DNA of 64,000 bases from contig CP070751.1 in assembly GCA_020348445.1 (NCBI GenBank), positions 2,753,413 through 2,817,412 of the forward strand, read 5' to 3'. The first letter of the stretch is position 1, and every line of letters begins with the position of its first letter. The DNA is from Thermoplasmata archaeon (lineage in GTDB: Archaea; Thermoplasmatota; Thermoplasmata; GCA-020350865). Under the pieces are notes generated by a model that made no database searches, was not told the origin of the DNA, and saw only the letters and a list, made by a program, of their open reading frames with translations. Shown here one piece after another: positions 56,575-64,000 of this stretch. The position numbers and the translations under genes are program-made.

Positions 56575-58020
56575 ATGGATATGTACACAATTTTAGGCTC
56601 TGGGAGGTTCGCTTACGAGCTGGTTCGAGGCCTGGATGTTGATACCAAGGATATTCTTGTTATAGATGAAGATGAAAACAATCTAAAAGAGCTCAAAAAG
56701 GAGGGATTTTCTGTTCTTTTGGTGGATGGGCTCTCCTCTGATGTGATAAAGGACAACATCAAATCCCAGGACAAGGTTTTCATTCTTGGTGAGGATCCAA
56801 TAAAGAACCTGAAACTCGTAAATATTACAAAGGAGCATTTCCCAGATATAACAATCATAGCAAATGCACCCGGAAGAGAAATCGAGGATGAGATGGGTAG
56901 GATAAAGGGTGTTGTTCCCATTCGGATTTCCGATTCTGTTACAAATGCCTTAAAAAGCGCCCTTGAAACACGGATCAAGGAAAAAACAGCGACTCTCCTT
57001 CGAAAAATCCTGCAGAAAGCAGGTTCTGGAACCGTGGCTATTTTTACACATAACGATCCCGATCCTGACTCAATGGCCTCTGCCTTGGCATTTTCTGCCA
57101 TCTGTGAAAACGAGGGTCTTTCTTCTAAAATATATCATGGCGGCGAGATATCTCATCAGGAGAACCTGGAACTTGTGCATCTTCTTGATATCGAACTTCA
57201 CAGAATAGAAGATCAAGACGAGCTGAAAATCGCCCTTAACAATTCATCCAAGGTGGTTATGATAGAAACCGCGATACCAGGGGAGAACAACGTACTTCCT
57301 TCTGATTTCGTGCCAAATATCATATTGGATCACCACCCAACGCCCAGGGAGGTTGCCGCATCAGACCTCGTGGATATAAGAAGCGATGTAGGGGCACTGT
57401 CCTCTATTCTCACCACTTATCTTCAACAATTGGATGTGAAGATGGATGCAAAGCTCGCAACCGCTCTTTTGTACGCCCTAAAAGTCGACACCAAATCCTT
57501 CACAAGGAAGGTGTCCCCAACAGATTTGAGGGCAGCTGCATTTCTTTCACCTTTTGCAGATGAAAACCTTTTGAAGAGGATCGAATCCCCGCCCATGACA
57601 CCATCCACAATGGACGTGATAGGAAATGCAATAGTGAACAGGGAGGTTAAAGACGGCGTGATGTTCAGTGCAGTGGGCTATGTTGAGGAAAGGGATGCCC
57701 TTCCCCAGGCTGCTGAGTTCTTATTAAGGGAAAGCGATGTCAAGGTAGTGGGCCTTTGCGGGATAAGAGGATATAACATCCATATCTCGGCAAGGAGCAA
57801 CGATCCTTCTATTCACTTGGGCGATGTGGTCAGGAGGACCTTTGGAAACCTTGGTTCTGCAGGTGGTCATCCAGGCTCGGCAGGTGTGCAGATATCTTTG
57901 GACAAGGTGAATATTGAGGATAAAAGCGATAAAGAGCTCATTGCCAACGAAGTGGCCAACATGTGCAGGAAGATGTTCTTCACAGGTTTTGGAATAGATA
58001 TCTCGGCCAAGACGATTTAG
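56575..58020 (+). CDS. TrkA-N + DHH/DHHA1 phosphoesterase
   Basis: LGSGRFA..VIDED N-domain, THNDPDPDS, ILDHH, SARS..AGGHPGSAG. Confidence 0.88.
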   Translation: MDMYTILGSGRFAYELVRGLDVDTKDILVIDEDENNLKELKKEGFSVLLVDGLSSDVIKDNIKSQDKVFILGEDPIKNLKLVNITKEHFPDITIIANAPGREIEDEMGRIKGVVPIRISDSVTNALKSALETRIKEKTATLLRKILQKAGSGTVAIFTHNDPDPDSMASALAFSAICENEGLSSKIYHGGEISHQENLELVHLLDIELHRIEDQDELKIALNNSSKVVMIETAIPGENNVLPSDFVPNIILDHHPTPREVAASDLVDIRSDVGALSSILTTYLQQLDVKMDAKLATALLYALKVDTKSFTRKVSPTDLRAAAFLSPFADENLLKRIESPPMTPSTMDVIGNAIVNREVKDGVMFSAVGYVEERDALPQAAEFLLRESDVKVVGLCGIRGYNIHISARSNDPSIHLGDVVRRTFGNLGSAGGHPGSAGVQISLDKVNIEDKSDKELIANEVANMCRKMFFTGFGIDISAKTI

Positions 58021-58036
58021 GATAAGAGGAGAAAGT

Positions 58037-58723
58037 ATGAGGGGAGATGATAATAGAGGAGTGACTTATCGAGTGAGTTATCAACCCTATGAGATATATT
58101 ATGAGCCACCTGGCGGAGGTGGCCTGAAATTCAGTGATGAGGAAAAGAAACATCTTATAATGGCCATAGGTGCTTTGACTTTGGCTTTTACTGTTTTTTG
58201 GACGCAGATGAGCATTTTTTCAATGGACCCCGTAGTTCTTTTATTTGTTGTTGGTATTGCATTTGTGGCGGTGTTAACTGGGTTTTTATTGCATGAGCTC
58301 GGACATAAAATAATTGCACAGAAGTATGGTTGCTGGGCAGAGTTTCGGGCATGGCCCATGGGGCTTATGTTGGCCGTGATTTCGGCATTCATAGGTTTTC
58401 TGTTTGCTGCACCTGGTGCTGTTTACATAAGGGGCAATATTTCGAAGGAGGAGAACGGTAAGATCAGCGCGGCGGGGCCTGGAATGAACATAGTTGTGGC
58501 CTCGTTTCTTTTGCCTGTTTTGATTTTCATTTACGGACCTGATACATTAATCGGTAGCTTGATTTGGATGATATGCTATCTAAATGTCTTTTTAGGTGGC
58601 TTTAACATGATTCCGTTTCCACCTCTTGATGGTTCAAAAATTATCAGATGGAATCCTGTTATTTGGATCGGGATAATAGTGGTTTTGGGTTCGTACTTTA
58701 TCTTACTTTTGACCATGTTTTAA
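58037..58723 (+). CDS. Site-2 protease family intramembrane metalloprotease (M50)
   Basis: LHELGH, AAPGAV, ISAAGP, NMIPFPPLDG. Confidence 0.92.
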   Translation: MRGDDNRGVTYRVSYQPYEIYYEPPGGGGLKFSDEEKKHLIMAIGALTLAFTVFWTQMSIFSMDPVVLLFVVGIAFVAVLTGFLLHELGHKIIAQKYGCWAEFRAWPMGLMLAVISAFIGFLFAAPGAVYIRGNISKEENGKISAAGPGMNIVVASFLLPVLIFIYGPDTLIGSLIWMICYLNVFLGGFNMIPFPPLDGSKIIRWNPVIWIGIIVVLGSYFILLLTMF

Positions 58724-61230
58724 AGTGGGACCTCCCATTCACATTCGGTTTTTGCGTGGATGTAGTAACCTTTTCCCACTTCAAAATAATCTGATTCACC
58801 CATCTCATCCCATTTTTGGGAGGAAGCGTTGTATGACCATATTGCATCCACTTCTATCCCGAACTTGAGTTTGTTCAATCCCTCTGTTCGGTCGTAATTT
58901 GTTAGGGAAGGATAGCCTACGAGATTCCACCCGGGATTAAGTACAATTGTCTGGTTCTCGGTTGGTAAGGTGCCATTGTATGCAAAGATGATCTCCTTCC
59001 AATAAGTAATACGGACCCAAAAGCCCATGGTTTCGTTCAATTCAAATAGATCGTTTCCGAAGGGCTTATCTATCTTGTTGTGTTTCCATTGGTCGCTTTG
59101 ATCAGACGAATCGTACCACTGGACAATATCGTACCATCCATCAATTGAGCCGAGCACCCTGATCAGATTCTGCTCCTCTTGGATGAGGGGAATGGATATC
59201 AGGTTCCAACCTCTTTGCAAAACAGTGTAGTTTTCAAGAGGTTTGTACTGATATGGTTCCATTAACGGGTAATCATCATACGTATAATCAACCTCGTGTG
59301 GGGTATCGCCTATTCCATCAACACCAGGGATGTTTTGATTCGGGCCTTTAAAGCCGTCAGAACCGTTATAATCTGACCAATAGTTCCCACCCATTGGATA
59401 CCCATTGTCCATATAATTGAATGGGGAAAAAAGTCCCTGAGTTGTGTTATTTATAATATTATTATGGTATACGTAATTGCTTTCAGAGGTCCAAATTTCC
59501 AATCCAAAGTAGTTATATGAAATATTGTTTCCTATGATTTGATTCCTATCAGCGTACCATTGGTAAATTCCACGATAACTGTTATTAGAAATGTTGTTGT
59601 TGGCTATGGTATTGCGGTCAGAATCCCTCATATGAATGCCGTATTCTGAATTAGAGCATATGGAATTATCAATAAATGAATTCCAGTGGGAATCACCCAT
59701 GTAAATACCATTTTTATTATTTGAGGCATTGTTAGATCTAAGAAGATTGTCATGAGAATTACTAAGGAATATCCCTGTGCCATTGATCGGGCTTATGTTA
59801 TTGTCGACTATCGTATTTCCTTCTGAATATGAAAGAGCTATCCCATAACCATTTCCGGTTCCATTATTGGAACTAACATTGTTTCCATCAGAATGTGTTA
59901 GGGAAATTCCTTCAAATGAGTTGCCTATGATCGTATTTTTAGATATATTGTTCCCCACAGAGATTAGAATATAAATTCCTCTAAAATTTTCACCGACCTG
60001 GTTACCTGTGATATTATTATAATCTGAATAATAGAGCTCCATGCCCTGTTTGGTATTTGAATAGAGTGTGTTTTGTGTGATGTTATTAAAATCAGAATAA
60101 TGGAGATTGAAACCATGATGTATCTTTGTGAGCGATCCGTTATTTCCAAGAAGGAGGTTACTATTGGAATAATATAGAGAAATTCCATACATCCTGTTGG
60201 AAGAAACATTATTGTTGATGATGGAGTTGTTACTTGAGAAACCAAGAATGATTCCAATGGAGCCATTTGTTAGGTTCTGATTATCTACCTTAATTCCGGT
60301 ACAATTCCCCAGAATCACCTGCCCCGAACCTGCGGGGATGGTACCCCCTACTTGATTTTTCAAGTATTGAACAGGTTTTCCATTCACAGTGTTGGAGGTA
60401 TCGATATCATGTGAGTTCCAGTACTCGATTTGATCCCCTAGTAAATCGAATCCATTTTCCATCATAATATTATCTGTGAAATTATTTTCAACTGAAGAAC
60501 CAATATAAATTGCCGCTCTTATATTAGAGATTATATTGTTACTTGTTATGTTATTTCTATTTGAAGAGGATAATTGGATACCATTACCGTGGTTTGAATA
60601 AACAGTATTGTTAGTAATAATGTTTCTGTCTGAATATGACAGAAAAATACCCCTTGAATTATCGGATGCAATGTTAAACGCGATGGTATTTTCAAAGGAA
60701 TTTTTAAGGTTAATTCCGTAATTGTTATCCGTAACATTGTTGTTAGTAATGATGTTGTTACTAGAATTGTAAAGATATATTCCATCGTCGTAATTTTGTA
60801 TTATGTTATTACCAGTTATGTTGCACATACTAACATTGTTTAATTCTATTCCTGCATCTTCAAAGGCAGATCCGCTCAGGGTACAGGTGAAACCTGTTAG
60901 ATTCACATAATCCCTGGTGATTAGGACTACATCGTCTACATACCAGCCATTGATTATCGTGCTATTACTGTCCTCCCCAACTAGACTTATACTTTTATTC
61001 ACAACCACATTCTCGTAATAGGTCCCATTATAAACAAAAACAGTGTCCCCGTCCTTACTTGCATTTATTGCATCCTGAATACTTGTATACGCCCCGTTCG
61101 AACCAGTGGTGTTCACATAAAAGGTCTCCCCCTCAACCACTTCAACAAAACCAAATTTGAAATCAAGAATAATAAATGTGGATAAGATAAGAATTGAACA
61201 TAATACAATTGAAGTGATCTTTCTCTTCAC
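58720..61230 (-). CDS. NosD/CASH right-handed beta-helix surface protein, array copy 1
   Basis: Signal peptide, SIQDAIN..GTYYENVVVNK, NNxxGIxLxxSxxNxI repeats, GGNYWSDY, C-terminal GWNL domain; GTG start at 61230. Confidence 0.88.
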   Translation of the reverse strand: MKRKITSIVLCSILILSTFIILDFKFGFVEVVEGETFYVNTTGSNGAYTSIQDAINASKDGDTVFVYNGTYYENVVVNKSISLVGEDSNSTIINGWYVDDVVLITRDYVNLTGFTCTLSGSAFEDAGIELNNVSMCNITGNNIIQNYDDGIYLYNSSNNIITNNNVTDNNYGINLKNSFENTIAFNIASDNSRGIFLSYSDRNIITNNTVYSNHGNGIQLSSSNRNNITSNNIISNIRAAIYIGSSVENNFTDNIMMENGFDLLGDQIEYWNSHDIDTSNTVNGKPVQYLKNQVGGTIPAGSGQVILGNCTGIKVDNQNLTNGSIGIILGFSSNNSIINNNVSSNRMYGISLYYSNSNLLLGNNGSLTKIHHGFNLHYSDFNNITQNTLYSNTKQGMELYYSDYNNITGNQVGENFRGIYILISVGNNISKNTIIGNSFEGISLTHSDGNNVSSNNGTGNGYGIALSYSEGNTIVDNNISPINGTGIFLSNSHDNLLRSNNASNNKNGIYMGDSHWNSFIDNSICSNSEYGIHMRDSDRNTIANNNISNNSYRGIYQWYADRNQIIGNNISYNYFGLEIWTSESNYVYHNNIINNTTQGLFSPFNYMDNGYPMGGNYWSDYNGSDGFKGPNQNIPGVDGIGDTPHEVDYTYDDYPLMEPYQYKPLENYTVLQRGWNLISIPLIQEEQNLIRVLGSIDGWYDIVQWYDSSDQSDQWKHNKIDKPFGNDLFELNETMGFWVRITYWKEIIFAYNGTLPTENQTIVLNPGWNLVGYPSLTNYDRTEGLNKLKFGIEVDAIWSYNASSQKWDEMGESDYFEVGKGYYIHAKTECEWEVPL

Positions 61231-63869
61231 AATGGGACCTCCCAAACACATTCAGTCTTTGCGTGTATATAATATCCTTTCCCTATTATAAAGTAATCTG
61301 AATCTCCCATTTCTATCCATTCTTGGGAGGAAGCATTGTAAGACCATATCGCATCCACATGAGACCCAAAGGTGAGTTTATTCAATCCTTCTATTCTGTT
61401 GTAACTTGTTTGGGAGGGGTAGCCCACGAGATTCCAACCTTTGCTAAGGGAAATGGTTTGGTTTTGGGTTGGTTGCGTGCCATTGTAAAGGAAAATCGTG
61501 TCTCCTGGATTGGTGATATGGATCCAGAATCCCATGGTCTCGTTTAACTCGAATAGGTCGTTTCCGAAGGTCTTACCAACTTTGTGGTGTTTCCAAGAAT
61601 CTCTCGGAGCAGTTGGATCAAACCACTGAGCTGCATCGTACCAACCATCGATTGAGCCAAGCACTCTTGTAAGATTCTGCTCTTTTTGGATTAGGGGAAT
61701 AGAGATTAGATTCCATCCTTGTTTTAAAATTGTGTAGTTATCGAGGGATCTGCATGATTCCATAAGAGGGTAGTTGTCCTTGGTATTTGAATCTATAACA
61801 TAAGGGGTGTCTCCAATACCATCAGAGCCTGGGATGTTTTGATTTGACCCTTTGTAGTCGTCATCACCTATGTAGTCGGACCAATAATTGCCGCCATAAG
61901 GATAGTTATGCCACCAAATGTTAGTGTCTTCATCATCCCCTGTATCATATGCTTGAAATGTGTTATCGATGATATTATTGTGGTATATTCTATCATCGCC
62001 TGAGTCAATGAGATAAATACCGTACATGTTGTTTGAAACAGTATTGTTAACTATAGTCGTATAATAGGAATAATCGAGATGGATGCCGTATTGAGAGTTC
62101 GAATAGGCTGTATTACCCGTAAGATCGTTATTGAATGAAGAACGTAGGTGAATGCCATTATCATTGTTCTGGTAGGCTGTGTTATTAATAATTAGGTTGA
62201 GAAACGAATCGAAAAGATAGAGACCATTAAAATCGTTTGAATGAGCGGTGTTATTTATAAGGGTATTGTACGCCGAGTAATAGAGATGGATGCCATACAT
62301 CGTATTTGAGAAGGCTGTATTGTTGTTAATGGTATTATATTTGGAGCTACTAAGAGATATGCCATCATAGTTATCAAAAGCAGTATTATATGAAATAACG
62401 TTGTTATTTGAGGTAAGTCCTATACCAGAACGATAATTTGAGAAGGCCATATTATATGCAATATAGTTGTTTTCGGATGTTAGATAGATGCCATAGCCAT
62501 TATCAGAGACAATATTATTAGTGAGGATATTACCATTGCTGAATTCAAGTAGGTAAATGCCAGCAAGATAATTAGAAGAGGCTGTAATGTTGGCGATTGT
62601 ATTTCCTCTGGAAACATAGATAAGGATACCACTCCCTCCATTATCGGAGATGTTATTTTCTGTGAAATTGTTATAGTGGGAATATTCAAGATATATGCCA
62701 ACCTCATTATTTGAGGAGAACGTACTATTATCAATTAAATTAAGGTTTGATCGAAAAATATACATGCCATATTCATTATTCGAACTATTAACCTCTGTAA
62801 TCGTATTATTTGATGAAAATCCCAATTCTATACCCACGCTACCATCGGATACATTTTGATTATCAACGACAATATTGGTACAGTTTGCAAGGATGATCTC
62901 CCCAGCGCCTTTGGGAACAGTCCCTCCTACTTTGTTCTTCCAATAGTAAATGGGCTTATCGTTTATGGTATTAGTTGTATTTATTATATGGGTATTCCAA
63001 TCTTCAGGTATGTAACCCGCTATGAATATCCCATTATAAATCATAGTGTTGTTTTCGATTAAATTTCTCTGAGAACGATAGAGATATAAACCCTCGACGA
63101 TGCTCGAAATATTATTGTTTATAACATTATTATTGTTCGAAGTGGAGAGAACGATTGCGTAGCTATTCGAATAAAGGGTGTTAAGATATATATCATTTAA
63201 GTCAGAAATTATAGCAAAGATACCATGTTCGTTCAAATAAACCTTGTTACCAGAGATATTATGCCCCTTTGAATAATAAGGAAATATTCCATAATAGTTG
63301 TTAGAGATATTATTATCAGAGATTGTACTCATATTTGACTTCTCAAGATAAATGCCGACTTCATTATTCGAGGAGACATCATTGCATGTAATAATATTCC
63401 AGTTAGACTCATAGAGATGCATCCCATAATAATTGTTCGATACATTGTTATTAAAAAATTTACAGTTTTGGACATTGTTGAGCTCTATCCCAGCATCAAT
63501 TGAATTCAATCCACTTCCGGTAATGGTAAACCCCGTTATATTCACCCAGTCCTTTGTCACAAGAACTACATCGTTGTTACCACTACCATTTATTATAGTT
63601 TTATCCCGATCCTCACCAGTCAAATTTATTGTCTTATTAATAACAACATTTTCATAATAAGTTCCATTAAAAACGAAAACAGTGTCCCCGTCCTTTGAGA
63701 AATTTATCGCATCCTGAATACTTGTATACGCCCCGTTTGAACCGGTGGTGTTCACGTACAAGGTCTCCCCCTCAACCACTTCGACAAAGCCAAATTTGAA
63801 ATCAAGAATAATAAATGAGGATAAAATGAGAATTGAACATAATACAATTGAAATAATTTTCCTCTTCAC
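61227..63869 (-). CDS. NosD/CASH beta-helix surface protein, array copy 2
   Basis: Same architecture as copy 1; GTGA start/stop overlap at both ends. Confidence 0.88.
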   Translation of the reverse strand: MKRKIISIVLCSILILSSFIILDFKFGFVEVVEGETLYVNTTGSNGAYTSIQDAINFSKDGDTVFVFNGTYYENVVINKTINLTGEDRDKTIINGSGNNDVVLVTKDWVNITGFTITGSGLNSIDAGIELNNVQNCKFFNNNVSNNYYGMHLYESNWNIITCNDVSSNNEVGIYLEKSNMSTISDNNISNNYYGIFPYYSKGHNISGNKVYLNEHGIFAIISDLNDIYLNTLYSNSYAIVLSTSNNNNVINNNISSIVEGLYLYRSQRNLIENNTMIYNGIFIAGYIPEDWNTHIINTTNTINDKPIYYWKNKVGGTVPKGAGEIILANCTNIVVDNQNVSDGSVGIELGFSSNNTITEVNSSNNEYGMYIFRSNLNLIDNSTFSSNNEVGIYLEYSHYNNFTENNISDNGGSGILIYVSRGNTIANITASSNYLAGIYLLEFSNGNILTNNIVSDNGYGIYLTSENNYIAYNMAFSNYRSGIGLTSNNNVISYNTAFDNYDGISLSSSKYNTINNNTAFSNTMYGIHLYYSAYNTLINNTAHSNDFNGLYLFDSFLNLIINNTAYQNNDNGIHLRSSFNNDLTGNTAYSNSQYGIHLDYSYYTTIVNNTVSNNMYGIYLIDSGDDRIYHNNIIDNTFQAYDTGDDEDTNIWWHNYPYGGNYWSDYIGDDDYKGSNQNIPGSDGIGDTPYVIDSNTKDNYPLMESCRSLDNYTILKQGWNLISIPLIQKEQNLTRVLGSIDGWYDAAQWFDPTAPRDSWKHHKVGKTFGNDLFELNETMGFWIHITNPGDTIFLYNGTQPTQNQTISLSKGWNLVGYPSQTSYNRIEGLNKLTFGSHVDAIWSYNASSQEWIEMGDSDYFIIGKGYYIHAKTECVWEVPL

Positions 63870-64000
63870 AATGGGACCTCCCAAACACATTCAGTCTTTG
63901 CGTGAATGTAATATCCTTTTCCTATTATAAAGTAATCTGATTCACCCATATCATTCCAATTTTGGGAGGAAGCATTGTTCGACCATATTGCATCCACATC
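63866..64000 (-). CDS. C-terminal end of array copy 3 (partial)
   Basis: My translation: DVDAIWSNNASSQNWNDMGESDYFIIGKGYYIHAKTECVWEVPL then TGA. Confidence 0.85.
   Translation of the reverse strand, partial: DVDAIWSNNASSQNWNDMGESDYFIIGKGYYIHAKTECVWEVPL

Noticed and set aside
58720-64000. Nitrous-oxide reductase (nos) cluster or diversity-generating retroelement
   Set aside because: NosD-like refers only to the fold; no nosZ/nosF/nosY, reverse transcriptase or template repeat in the window.

Overview
Archaeal chromosomal window; no database search or folding program was run, so all calls are by-eye recognition. The archaeal call rests on rpl10e, TiaS, a Taw2-like tRNA modifier and a tRNA with a bulge-helix-bulge (BHB) intron. 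Gene content (IorAB, acyl-CoA dehydrogenase/hydratase fusion, secreted peptidases, many CARDB/NEW3/Ig/NosD surface proteins) suggests an anaerobic peptide-fermenting Thermoplasmatota member (inference). Layout: 0-15 kb housekeeping and metabolism; 15-21 kb a three-gene two-component operon; 21-45 kb a surface-protein-rich accessory region with a BlaI/CopY-regulated ABC/DUF2318 module and an AT-rich STAND/TPR segment; 45-47.7 kb a tRNA-Lys(CTT) hotspot; 48-58 kb housekeeping; 58.7-64 kb a tandem array of beta-helix surface proteins. The strongest candidate for an undescribed system is the tRNA-Lys locus. Upstream are two related ~81-nt hairpin units, each starting with an exact copy of the tRNA 5' end. 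The tRNA has an 80-nt structured intron. Downstream are two small integrase-less cassettes, one a type IV toxin-antitoxin pair, each bounded by a copy of the tRNA 3' end. Second is tiaS, the AUA-decoding enzyme, which seems to start at an AUA codon. Start coordinates were adjusted from the ORF track where an SD motif or family N-terminus supported it. Rubredoxin and other small ORFs absent from the track were added.
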